A DNA stretch of 32,000 nt, from contig OZ252279.1 in the NCBI GenBank assembly GCA_965250005.1, positions 630,001 through 662,000 of the forward strand. The letters run 5' to 3'. Positions within the stretch are counted from its first letter, which is position 1. Every line of letters starts with the position of its first letter. The position numbers were made by a program, and so were the translations under genes. Below, piece after piece: positions 8,189 to 16,715 of the stretch. The stretch comes from Demequinaceae bacterium. Lineage in GTDB: Bacteria > Actinomycetota > Actinomycetes > Actinomycetales > Demequinaceae. The notes under the pieces are model-generated. The model was not told the DNA's origin, ran no database searches, and saw only the letters and a list, made by a program, of their open reading frames with translations.

Positions 8189-9985
8189 ATGAACGCGAGC
8201 AACGACGCCGCACTCCCCCAGAACATCACCGCGCTCATCGAGGACTCGTGGTCGAAGTTTTCGGATCGCGTCATCATCTCCCACACAAAGGACTCAGAGC
8301 CAGACGTGTGGATCGACCTCACCGCAGCTCAAGTCCATGACCAGGTCAACGCCGTCGCACGGGGCCTGATCGCTCACGGCGTCAAGCCCGGTGACCGGAT
8401 CGGCCTCATGTCGCGCACGCGCTTCGAGTGGACGATCCTCGACTTCGCATGCTGGGCAGCCGGCGCCATCCCCGTCCCGATCTACGACACTTCGTCTCCT
8501 GAGCAAGTCGACTGGATCACGTCGGACGCCGGAATCAAGCTCGTCGTGGTCGAATCGAACGAACTTCGCAAGATCGCGCTTGACGTCGCCAAGGGCCAGT
8601 CACCGCTCAAGGAAGTCATGGTAATCAACGAAGGTGCGCTCGACAAGCTCGCCGAGGACGGCGCGAAGGCGTCCGAGGACGACCTAGCGAAGCGGAAGAA
8701 GCACTGGAAGTCAGGCGACCTCGCCACGATCATCTACACGTCTGGAACCACCGGCCGCCCCAAGGGCGTCGAAATCACGCACCACAACCTCATGTGGCAT
8801 GCGGTCCACGTCCCGACCGCCATTCCAGAGGTGCTCCTGGCGCCAGGCGCTTCCACTGTCATGTTCCTCACGCTCGCGCACTCGCTCGCGCGCGTGATCG
8901 AACTCGTGTGCCTCAACGCGGGCGTGCGATTGGGCTACACGCCAGACATCACCAAGCTCGTGGCAAATATGAAAACGTTCCAGCCGTCGTTCGTCCTCGG
9001 CGCCCCGCGCGTGTTCGAGAAGATTTACAACTCTGCCGAGACCAAGGCCGCAGCCGGCGGTAAGGGCAAGATCTTCGCGTGGGCCGCTCACCAGGCCATC
9101 GCGTACTCCGAGGCACTCGACACGGCATCTGGCCCGTCCGGTGGCCTCAAGATCAAGCACGGCATCGCCGACGCGCTCGTCCTCAAGAAGGTCCGAGCGG
9201 TACTCGGAGGTAACACCGAATTCGCCATTTCCGGCTCCGCTCCGCTCGGAGAGAGGCTCGGTCACTTCTACCGCGGCCTCGGCCTCGTTGTGCTTGAGGG
9301 CTACGGCCTCACCGAGACCACGGCCGCTTCGCACGTCAACCGCCCGGGAAATTCGAGGATCGGGACCGTGGGCGTTCCTCTGCACGGAATCGAATGCAAG
9401 ATCGCACCTGATGGCGAGGTACTCATGCGTGGCGAACCGATCTTCAGCGGCTATCACCACAACCCTGAGGTTACGAAGGAAGCACTCAAGAAGGGTTGGC
9501 TGCACACGGGCGACCTGGGCTCAATCGACGGCGACGGCTTCCTGAGCATTACCGGCAGGAAGAAGGAGATCATTGTCACCGCCGGCGGCAAGAATGTTGC
9601 GCCAGCAGTACTCGAGGACCGCCTGCGGGCTCACCCGCTGGTGAGCCAATGCATCGCAGTCGGCGACTCGAAGCCCTTTATTGGGGCACTCATCACGCTC
9701 GACAAGGAAGCACTGCCCGCATGGCTGTCTGCCAACGGTGCTGAAGGCATGACTCCTGAAGAAGCGATGGAATCACCTATCGTGCGCGACGCGCTAGACC
9801 AGGCTGTCGAGACGGCAAATCAGGCCGTATCGAGGGCCGAGAGCATTCGCAAGTACGGGGTACTCGCCGAGGACTGGACTGTCATGAGCGGGCACATCAC
9901 CCCGACCATGAAGCTCAAGCGCTCACAGGCGCTCAAGGATTTTGCTACCGAGATCGAGGCGCTCTACGCGACCGCCAAGAAGTAG
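8189..9985 (+). CDS. fadD: long-chain fatty-acid--CoA ligase (FadD15-like)
   Basis: AMP-binding motifs 'YTSGTTGRPKGV', 'GYGLTET', 'HTGDLG' and 'GRKKEII'. GGAGG Shine-Dalgarno 5 nt upstream of the ATG. Confidence 0.9.
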   Translation: MNASNDAALPQNITALIEDSWSKFSDRVIISHTKDSEPDVWIDLTAAQVHDQVNAVARGLIAHGVKPGDRIGLMSRTRFEWTILDFACWAAGAIPVPIYDTSSPEQVDWITSDAGIKLVVVESNELRKIALDVAKGQSPLKEVMVINEGALDKLAEDGAKASEDDLAKRKKHWKSGDLATIIYTSGTTGRPKGVEITHHNLMWHAVHVPTAIPEVLLAPGASTVMFLTLAHSLARVIELVCLNAGVRLGYTPDITKLVANMKTFQPSFVLGAPRVFEKIYNSAETKAAAGGKGKIFAWAAHQAIAYSEALDTASGPSGGLKIKHGIADALVLKKVRAVLGGNTEFAISGSAPLGERLGHFYRGLGLVVLEGYGLTETTAASHVNRPGNSRIGTVGVPLHGIECKIAPDGEVLMRGEPIFSGYHHNPEVTKEALKKGWLHTGDLGSIDGDGFLSITGRKKEIIVTAGGKNVAPAVLEDRLRAHPLVSQCIAVGDSKPFIGALITLDKEALPAWLSANGAEGMTPEEAMESPIVRDALDQAVETANQAVSRAESIRKYGVLAEDWTVMSGHITPTMKLKRSQALKDFATEIEALYATAKK

Positions 9986-10026
9986 TCCAGCGACGCGGTA
10001 GCCCAGCAACGCCGCAGCAGACTGGT

Positions 10027-10293
10027 TTAGGACGCGCTCGCATGCCTTAGGGGTGACACTAGCCCTGAGGCCGCGAGCGCGCTGACGGCCCGCGCTTGGT
10101 CGTCGTCGATCGCTAGCACCGCCGCTGCGCTGGGGAAGGCGATGTTGCCGTCTTCGCGCTCGCTCTCCCTCTCAGTGTTGGCGAGGGCCGTGTTTGCATG
10201 AGCGCTGTCTCGCACCGAAATGGTGAGAAATGAGACGACGCAGTCCCCGCAGGCGTCGCCGCGGGCCGTGCATGTATCGCAGTCGATAATCAT
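10027..10293 (-). CDS. small Cys4 protein, function unknown
   Basis: 88 aa. N-terminal 'CDTCTARGDACGDC' (CxxC-x6-CxxC) followed by an acidic/Ala-rich tail. ATG lies exactly 6 nt after TAGCGT. Confidence 0.55.
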   Translation of the reverse strand: MIIDCDTCTARGDACGDCVVSFLTISVRDSAHANTALANTERESEREDGNIAFPSAAAVLAIDDDQARAVSALAASGLVSPLRHASAS

Positions 10294-10299
10294 GATTCA

Positions 10300-10305
10300 A
10301 CGCTA
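10300..10305 (-). promoter_or_regulatory. -10 hexamer TAGCGT, putative leaderless promoter of the Cys4 mini-protein
   Basis: Minus-strand reading is TAGCGT-tgaatc-ATG(10293). Confidence 0.4.
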
Positions 10306-10357
10306 GATCCTGGGTCTGACACGGAACGCCCGTAAGAGACCTGTCGGAGCCTGCGCG

Positions 10358-10363
10358 TACGGT
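10358..10363 (+). promoter_or_regulatory. -10 hexamer TACGGT, putative leaderless promoter of the exonuclease/GIY-YIG gene
   Basis: TACGGT-cgtggc-ATG(10370). Confidence 0.4.
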
Positions 10364-10369
10364 CGTGGC

Positions 10370-12151
10370 ATGAGCGCAGACGTGTCAACGCGTGCCGGCA
10401 GCGAGCGAACGTCGGCCGCGCGAATCGCGCCCGGGACGATCCAGCCCAGCTTCGAAGATGTCGGTGAGCCACTTTCCACGGTCACCTTCGTGGTGGTTGA
10501 CCTCGAAACCACGGGCGGCTCTCCGCGCGCTAGTGAAATCACCGAAATTGGGGCGGTCAAGACGCGCGGCGGCGAGGTCATCGGCGAGTACCAAACACTC
10601 GTCGATCCGGGGATGTCGATCCCGCCCATTATCGTCTCGCTTACCGGCATTACGGACGTGATGGTCCATGCCGCTCCCAAGATTGAGGCGTTGCTGCCGT
10701 CGTTCCTGGAGTTCCTAGGCGACGGTGTGCTGGTCGCGCACAACGCCCCATTTGATGTGGGCTTCCTGAAGGCCGCATGCCGCAAGCACGGCTACGACTG
10801 GCCGGGCAATGAAATCATCGACACCGTCATTCTCGCGCGACGCGCCACCACCAAGGAGGAGGCTCCCAGCAAGAAACTCAGCACACTCGCGCGCGTGTTT
10901 GGCACTGTTGTGACACCCAATCACCGCGCGCTTGAAGACGCGCGAGCCACGTCTGAGGTCTTGCACGGGATGCTCGAACGCATGGCCGCGTGGGGGATTA
11001 CTCACCGCGAGGATCTCGACTCGCTCCGTCATCCCATGCCCGAGCGCCTCCGCCGCAAGGCGACCATGGCAGACAAGATGCCCACCAAGCCGGGCGCCTA
11101 CGTTTTCCGCGACATCCAGGGCGCCCCCCTGTATGTCGGGACATCAAAAAATCTGCGGGCGCGAGTCAAGTCATATTTCACGCGCGGCGAGCATCGACGG
11201 TCCATCCGGGACATGCTCGAAATCGCCGTCGCCGTTGACGCCCACCCCACGGCAACCAAACTCGAGGCCAACGTGCTCGAGATTCGGCTGCTCGAGCAAT
11301 TCCGTCCGCGCTACAACCGTCGATCCACGCGACCCGAACGCACGCCCTGGGTGCGAATGACGCAAGAGCGGTATCCGCGCCTGAGCGTGGTGCGCTCCAT
11401 TTCTGCAGACGCGACGCACATCGGCCCCATGCGGTCCGCAGCAGACGCTCAACTAGCCGTCGACGCGCTCCAACACGCGGGGGGCGGCGTGCGGACCTGC
11501 ACACCGCGCCTGCCCATCGTCCCCAAGCAGGACGCGCGCGCATGCTTGCTCAAGGACATGGGCGAGTGCTGCGCGCCATGCGTCGCGGGAGAGGCCAGCG
11601 GCTACGCAGACGTAGCCGACGCCCTGCGCAGCGCACTCTCTGACGACGTCTCTCCGGTGGTGGATGCGCTGAGTGTCAAGATCGCGGAACTCTCTGCGGA
11701 CCTCAACTACGAGCGCGCTGCCGCACTGCGTGACGGCGTGAGCTCCCTGGTGGAGGGTGCGACCCGCGCGCAGCGCCTCGCGAGTCTGCGCAGGTGCACC
11801 ATCGTGGCCGCGCGCCCACTCGACGGCGGCTGGGACCTTGTCGCCGCGTCCAGCGGCCGCCTCTCGGGTACGGCCCACGCCAACGAGGGCATCTGGAAGG
11901 CAGCCGACGCGCTGCTTGCGGGCGCGCGGGCAGCCACGACGTCCTCGGTTGATGACTCGGCCGTCAGTCCACCACCACCGCTGGTGGAGGAACAGACTCT
12001 CGTCGCGAACTGGCTCGACTCCCCCGGCGTGCGCCTCCTGCACGTGGACGGCGAATGGTCTCAACCCGTGACGAGCGCAGGTAGGCACCGTGCATGGGTA
12101 GACGCTCGCCGCTCAGACCACGACACCATGAGCGACATCACCCGCAGGTGA
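10370..12151 (+). CDS. DEDD (DnaQ/epsilon-like) 3'-5' exonuclease fused to a UvrC-N-terminal-like GIY-YIG nuclease (Rv2191-like)
   Basis: Exo motifs 'VVVDLETTG', 'AHNAPFDVGFL' and 'HRALEDARAT'. GIY-YIG 'GAYVFRD...PLYVGTSKNLRARVKSYF'. Cys cluster C-x14-C-x7-C-x3-C. UVR-like 'ELSADLNYERAAALRDGVSSL'. Confidence 0.85.
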   Translation: MSADVSTRAGSERTSAARIAPGTIQPSFEDVGEPLSTVTFVVVDLETTGGSPRASEITEIGAVKTRGGEVIGEYQTLVDPGMSIPPIIVSLTGITDVMVHAAPKIEALLPSFLEFLGDGVLVAHNAPFDVGFLKAACRKHGYDWPGNEIIDTVILARRATTKEEAPSKKLSTLARVFGTVVTPNHRALEDARATSEVLHGMLERMAAWGITHREDLDSLRHPMPERLRRKATMADKMPTKPGAYVFRDIQGAPLYVGTSKNLRARVKSYFTRGEHRRSIRDMLEIAVAVDAHPTATKLEANVLEIRLLEQFRPRYNRRSTRPERTPWVRMTQERYPRLSVVRSISADATHIGPMRSAADAQLAVDALQHAGGGVRTCTPRLPIVPKQDARACLLKDMGECCAPCVAGEASGYADVADALRSALSDDVSPVVDALSVKIAELSADLNYERAAALRDGVSSLVEGATRAQRLASLRRCTIVAARPLDGGWDLVAASSGRLSGTAHANEGIWKAADALLAGARAATTSSVDDSAVSPPPPLVEEQTLVANWLDSPGVRLLHVDGEWSQPVTSAGRHRAWVDARRSDHDTMSDITRR

Positions 12152-12153
12152 GA

Positions 12154-12174
12154 GCACGGCTGTTCCTTCCGTGC
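12154..12174. terminator. weak hairpin between convergent genes
   Basis: gcacgg-N9-ccgtgc lies in the 28-nt gap between the exonuclease stop and the ankyrin gene stop. No clear U-tract. Confidence 0.2.
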
Positions 12175-12179
12175 ACCGG

Positions 12180-12686
12180 CTACCAATTCTTCTTAGACCC
12201 TCGGCCGCGCCGCGACCGCTTCTTCGCCGTCGTTTTTGGCTCGGCAGGCGCAGGCGGGAGCGCGGGCTCGACCGAGGTGTTTGGAAGTGTGCGAATGTCG
12301 CCGAAGAATCGAGCCACGTCGTACTCAGTAATCTCGCGGGCGCGCTTGACGGGCGTCTGGCCCGCCCACGCGACGTGATGCGGATTTGCGCCTCTGAATC
12401 TCAACAGTTCGATTACGGCTCCGTCCCCTGTCGAGTTCTCGACCGCGAGGAACAGCGGCGTCACGCCCAGCGCGTCCTCCGCATCCACAGTTGCGCCGCG
12501 GTCCGTCAATGCGCGTATCGCCTCGAACCCGCCACTTTGCGCCGCCAAATGCAGCGGGGTGCGCCTATGATCGTCGCGTGCGTTTGGATTGGCACCGGCG
12601 TTGAGCAACTCGACGGTTCTGGTGATGTCATTCGCAAGCGCCGCGTCGTGCAGCGGACTCCGACCACCGTTCTCTTCAATCTTCAT
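12180..12686 (-). CDS. ankyrin-repeat protein with basic C-terminal tail
   Basis: Three to four ANK repeats ('SPLHDAAL...LLNAGANPNARD', 'TPLHLAAQSGGFEAIRALTDRGATVDAED', 'TPLFLAV...LLRFRGANP'). No signal peptide. Tail 'KTTAKKRSRRGRGSKKNW'. ATG 12686 lies 13 nt after the trpD stop. The ORF-track extension to 12767 overlaps trpD. Confidence 0.8.
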   Translation of the reverse strand: MKIEENGGRSPLHDAALANDITRTVELLNAGANPNARDDHRRTPLHLAAQSGGFEAIRALTDRGATVDAEDALGVTPLFLAVENSTGDGAVIELLRFRGANPHHVAWAGQTPVKRAREITEYDVARFFGDIRTLPNTSVEPALPPAPAEPKTTAKKRSRRGRGSKKNW

Positions 12687-12699
12687 GTGGCGCAGCGCC

Positions 12700-13749
12700 C
12701 TACTTGCTCGTCGCCTCGACCCAACGGGCCAGGACCCGCTCGGCCTCGCCAGCCTCGATCGCCCCACGTGCGTGAACCAGCCCAGACTTCATCCGGTCGA
12801 TCAGACTTCCCTCGTTCGTGCCAGGCAGGCGTCCGTCGGCTACCAGGCCCGCGGCAGCGTTCAGTGCGACCGTGTCGAGCGCAGCGCCAGCTTCCCCGCC
12901 GAACACGCGACGCGCGACGACGGCGTTCTCGCTCGCCTCACCGCCCCGCAAGTCTTCAAGAGTGATCGGCGTCATGTTGAGGTCTGCAACGGGGTCAATC
13001 GTGGAGTGCTCGACCGAGCCTGCCCGCACCTCCCAAACGTCAGTGCGCGCGGTTGCAGCGAGCTCATCGAGCCCGTCCGTGTTCCGGAATACGATGGCAT
13101 CGCGCTTCTGCAGCGCCATCACGCCAGCGATAACCGGTGCAAGCGACTCGCTAGCTACCCCGATAGCCGATGCTTGGGGCTGCGCAGGGTTGGTGAGCGG
13201 TCCGAGGATGTTGAACGTGGTCGGCACTCCCATTTCTTTGCGGATGGGTCCGGCGAAGCGCATCGCCGGGTGAAATACCATCGCAAAGCAAAACGTGATG
13301 CCTGCCTCTTGCGCCACCTGCGCGACGCGCTCGGGCGGGATTTCGAGATTGACGCCTAGTTCTGCCAGCACATCGGCGCTACCGGACTTCGACGTGGCAG
13401 CCCTATTTCCGTGCTTGACCACGGTGGTCCCGGTGGCCGCAACCACGATCGACGCCATGGTCGAGATGTTGACGGTGTGGAGGCCGTCGCCACCTGTGCC
13501 GACCACGTCGACGGTGCGGCCAGGAACGTTGATGCTGGTCGCGTGGCTGATCATCGCGGCCGCGAAGCCTGCGACTTCCTCAACGGTCTCGCCCTTGGTG
13601 CGCAGCGCCGCCAGCAGCGCCGCCACGCCTACAGGGGATGCCTGATCGGTGAGCACCTGATCCATGACCCAAGTAGTGTCCGCGGTTGTGAGGTCGCCGC
13701 GCTGCATCACGCGTTCCAGGAGCTCCGGCCACGTCGCCATACTTGCCAC
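12700..13749 (-). CDS. trpD: anthranilate phosphoribosyltransferase
   Basis: 'VDVVGTGGDG' and 'VVKHGNRAATSKSGSADVLE' signatures. Start is GTG 13749 or ATG 13740. Confidence 0.92.
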   Translation of the reverse strand: MASMATWPELLERVMQRGDLTTADTTWVMDQVLTDQASPVGVAALLAALRTKGETVEEVAGFAAAMISHATSINVPGRTVDVVGTGGDGLHTVNISTMASIVVAATGTTVVKHGNRAATSKSGSADVLAELGVNLEIPPERVAQVAQEAGITFCFAMVFHPAMRFAGPIRKEMGVPTTFNILGPLTNPAQPQASAIGVASESLAPVIAGVMALQKRDAIVFRNTDGLDELAATARTDVWEVRAGSVEHSTIDPVADLNMTPITLEDLRGGEASENAVVARRVFGGEAGAALDTVALNAAAGLVADGRLPGTNEGSLIDRMKSGLVHARGAIEAGEAERVLARWVEATSK

Positions 13750-13790
13750 TTTCTGGTCGAGAGTTGAGCGGGATAGATACTGCGATCTAG

Positions 13791-14219
13791 TTAGGAGTTG
13801 CCCGCCGCCGGGTCGAAGAATGCGTCGACAGCGGCCTTGACCTCGAAAGGATCAAGTGGGTGAGCGACAGCGCCGTCCGCTTCAGACCACGTGGCCAGCC
13901 ACGCGTCGTCGGCGCGGCCCACGAGCAGCAGCACGGGCGGGCAAGCGTATATCTCGTGCTTCATCTGCCTGCAGATGCCCATTCCGCCAGACTTAGCGGC
14001 CTCACCATCAAGCACCACCAGGTCAAAATCGTGATTGTCGAGCTCAGTGATGGTGCCAGCGTGCGTGGCGGTCTCGGTCCACCGAACGCTGCGCCCATGG
14101 GTGTTGGGCCCAACGGCAAACCGAACTTTTTCGCGCGTGCTCGCGTCGTCGCTGTAGAGCAGGACTCGGGCGCGGGTCGAGGTCGCGACGCCGCTTTCGG
14201 TGGTGGCAAGTTCACTCAT
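13791..14219 (-). CDS. stand-alone receiver (REC)-like protein with degenerate active site
   Basis: CheY-like layout: 'RVLLYSDD' (acidic pair), 'DLVVLDGEA' (phospho-acceptor Asp position) and 'PVLLLVGR'. 'AHPLDPFEV' replaces the usual K-P-F. No output domain. Start is ATG 14219 or 14228. The ORF-track extension to 14279 is unlikely. Confidence 0.6.
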   Translation of the reverse strand: MSELATTESGVATSTRARVLLYSDDASTREKVRFAVGPNTHGRSVRWTETATHAGTITELDNHDFDLVVLDGEAAKSGGMGICRQMKHEIYACPPVLLLVGRADDAWLATWSEADGAVAHPLDPFEVKAAVDAFFDPAAGNS

Positions 14220-14297
14220 GTTGTTCATTTTGGCATGACCCAGCGGGTGCGACGCGACGGTCTTACGAAAAAAGCGCACATTGGGCCTTCTCTAGGT

Positions 14298-14303
14298 CAT
14301 AAT
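14298..14303 (+). promoter_or_regulatory. -10-like hexamer CATAAT, putative leaderless promoter of ctaE-qcrCAB
   Basis: CATAAT-gggcgc-ATG(14310). The first base deviates from TANNNT. Confidence 0.35.
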
Positions 14304-14309
14304 GGGCGC

Positions 14310-14939
14310 ATGTCATCTGCGTCAACCATGACCAATCCCATCCACGCGACCCGACCCAATCCGGTTGCGGTCGGGACCATCGTCTGGCTTTCTAGCGAAC
14401 TCATGTTTTTCGCTGGGCTCTTCGCGATGTACTTTACTCACCGAGCCCAGTCACCCGAGATATGGGCAGACACCACTCCGTTCTTGAACGTGCCGTTCGC
14501 GCTAACCAACACGATCATCCTGGTGGCCTCGTCCTTCACGTGCCAGGCGGCCGTATTCGCGGCTGAGCGCTTCCAGCGCCGCCGCACCGGCTCGCTCTTC
14601 AATGTGCGCGCGTGGGGCATGCACGAGTGGATGGTGCTCACCTACCTGATGGGCGCCACGTTCGTCGCGGGCCAGGTTCTGGAGTACGCGAAGCTCGTTG
14701 AAGAGGGCATCAGCATCTCTGCAAGCCCGTACGGCTCAGTCTTCTACATCACCACTGGCTTCCACGGCCTCCACGTGCTCGGTGGACTCGTCGCCATGAC
14801 ATTCGTCCTCGGGCGCTCGTTCGTCGCCAAGAAGTTCGGCACGCACGAGGCCATCACCACCATCGTCGTCTCGTATTACTGGCACTTTGTCGACGTAGTG
14901 TGGATCGCCTTGTTCCTCGTGATTTACGTACTCAAGTAG
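14310..14939 (+). CDS. ctaE: cytochrome c oxidase (aa3) subunit III
   Basis: 209 aa, polytopic. '[15 protein letters not shown]' and '[14 protein letters not shown]' signatures. The ORF-track N-terminal extension (13860-14309) runs antisense through the REC-like gene. Confidence 0.9.
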   Translation: MSSASTMTNPIHATRPNPVAVGTIVWLSSELMFFAGLFAMYFTHRAQSPEIWADTTPFLNVPFALTNTIILVASSFTCQAAVFAAERFQRRRTGSLFNVRAWGMHEWMVLTYLMGATFVAGQVLEYAKLVEEGISISASPYGSVFYITTGFHGLHVLGGLVAMTFVLGRSFVAKKFGTHEAITTIVVSYYWHFVDVVWIALFLVIYVLK

Positions 14940-14946
14940 GGAATTG

Positions 14947-15726
14947 ATGCACTCTCTCGCAGCCCGGCGCTACCACCGTTCAGCGCCGATGATCCTGGTA
15001 TTGGCACTTGTCGCGATCATCGCCACGGCCTACGCGGTCGCGTCGCCGTCCCCGGCTCAGGCCGCAACATACACGGCTGACGACGTCGCCGAGGGGCGCA
15101 AGCTCTTCGAAGCCAACTGTGCCTCGTGCCACGGCCTCGACGCCGACGGCAGCGAAGTCGCCCCCTCGCTCCACGGCGTCGGCGCAGCCGCTGTCGACTT
15201 CCAGGTGTCTACGGGCCGCATGCCCATGGTCGCCACCGGGCCGCAAGCAATCGCCAAGGCGCGCCAGTTCAACGAAACTGAGACCCATCTACTGGCGTCA
15301 TTCGTCGCCTCACTGTCTGAGGGCCCCTCGATTCCGACCGCAGGCCAGGTGGACGGCTCGCTGGGAGACCCCGCTTACGGGATGCAGCTCTTCCGCACTA
15401 ACTGCGCGATGTGCCACGGATCCGTTGGCGGCGGCGGGGTGCTCACGCAGGGCAAATTCGCGCCAGCACTGTGGGGCACCGAGCCGATCAACATCTACGA
15501 GGCCATGGTCTCGGGGCCGTCGAACATGCCGGTCTTCAACGACGCAAACATCACCCCCGAGGGCAAACGAGACATCATCGCGTTCCTCGAAGTGCAACGT
15601 GAAGGCTCCCCCGGCGGGCTCGGCCTTGGCGCCGTGGGCCCCGTAAGCGAAGCGCTCTGGCTTTGGATCATTGGTATTGGCCTCATCATCGGCATCACCG
15701 TCTGGGTAGGAGCACGTTCTTCATGA
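14947..15726 (+). CDS. qcrC: cytochrome bc1 complex dihaem cytochrome c subunit
   Basis: Two CxxCH motifs (CASCHG, CAMCHG), an N-terminal signal/TM and a C-terminal TM anchor. AGGGAA Shine-Dalgarno before ATG 14947. Confidence 0.9.
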   Translation: MHSLAARRYHRSAPMILVLALVAIIATAYAVASPSPAQAATYTADDVAEGRKLFEANCASCHGLDADGSEVAPSLHGVGAAAVDFQVSTGRMPMVATGPQAIAKARQFNETETHLLASFVASLSEGPSIPTAGQVDGSLGDPAYGMQLFRTNCAMCHGSVGGGGVLTQGKFAPALWGTEPINIYEAMVSGPSNMPVFNDANITPEGKRDIIAFLEVQREGSPGGLGLGAVGPVSEALWLWIIGIGLIIGITVWVGARSS

Positions 15727-16715
15727 GCGAGTCGAAGGAAACCACGTTCAAGGACCCCGGGCTCCCCGAGCACCGGCCACGTCGCGCGGACAAAGAACCG
15801 AAGGCCGCCAAGCGCGCCGAGTACCAGTCCGTAGCGCTACTGCTGTTCTCGATCGCGGGCACGGCACTCGCGTTGTGGGCCTACTTCGCCGTTCCGCTCG
15901 GCGACGAGCCTGGCCAGATTCAGCGCATGAACATGCTGTTCGGCCTCGGTATCTTCGCCGGAATGTTCGGCATCGGCGCAAGCGCTGTTCACTGGGCCAA
16001 GACCCTCATGAATGACCGCGAGCAGGTCGAAGACCGCCACGCGATGCGTTCGAGCGACGACACGCGCGAGGTCGCGGTTCAGATGCTCAAGGACGGCGTG
16101 GAGGACTCGGGCTCTGGCGTGGGACGCCGCAGCCTCCTCAAAGGCACCATGCTCACCGCCCTCGCGATCGCGCCACTATCCGTGCTGGTGCCCATGATCG
16201 GCGGACTCGGCGGCGACTACGACGTCAACAAGTTCCGCGAAACACTGTGGCGCAAGGGCACGCGCTTGACGCGCGACCCCGACGGCACGCCCATCAAGGC
16301 GTCTGACGTCACGGTCGGGTCGGTGTTCCACATCATCCCCGAGGGCCTCGAACACACCGAGCACCCGCTGGAAGAGAAGGCGAAGGCAGTTGTCTTGCTC
16401 ATCAAGCTCCCGCCGAACGTGCTCAAAGTGCGTCCCGGTCGCGAGAGCTGGGGCTTTGACGACATCGTCGCGTACTCCAAGATTTGCACCCACGTCGGTT
16501 GCCCCGTCGCGTTGTACGAGCAGAACACGCACCACCTGCTTTGCCCGTGCCACCAGTCAACATTCGACGTCGCCGACGGCGCCAAGGTGATCTTCGGACC
16601 CGCGAAGCGTCCGCTGCCGCAGCTGCCTATCGCGGTTGACTCCGAGGGCTACATCGTCGCCCAGGATGACTTCAACGAACCCATCGGCCCGAGCTACTGG
16701 GAGCGCCTCAAGTGA
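15723..16715 (+). CDS. qcrA: cytochrome bc1 complex Rieske iron-sulfur subunit
   Basis: Rieske boxes 'CTHVGCPV' and 'CPCHQSTF'. ATG 15723 overlaps the qcrC stop (ATGA). Confidence 0.9.
   Translation: MSESKETTFKDPGLPEHRPRRADKEPKAAKRAEYQSVALLLFSIAGTALALWAYFAVPLGDEPGQIQRMNMLFGLGIFAGMFGIGASAVHWAKTLMNDREQVEDRHAMRSSDDTREVAVQMLKDGVEDSGSGVGRRSLLKGTMLTALAIAPLSVLVPMIGGLGGDYDVNKFRETLWRKGTRLTRDPDGTPIKASDVTVGSVFHIIPEGLEHTEHPLEEKAKAVVLLIKLPPNVLKVRPGRESWGFDDIVAYSKICTHVGCPVALYEQNTHHLLCPCHQSTFDVADGAKVIFGPAKRPLPQLPIAVDSEGYIVAQDDFNEPIGPSYWERLK

Noticed and set aside
13860-14309. N-terminal extension of ctaE in the ORF track (359 aa versus 209 aa).
   Set aside because: The extension runs antisense through the receiver-like gene and is Arg/Gly-rich. 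Homology-like sequence begins at [12 protein letters not shown] (ATG 14310), which also has the -10/N6 leaderless geometry.
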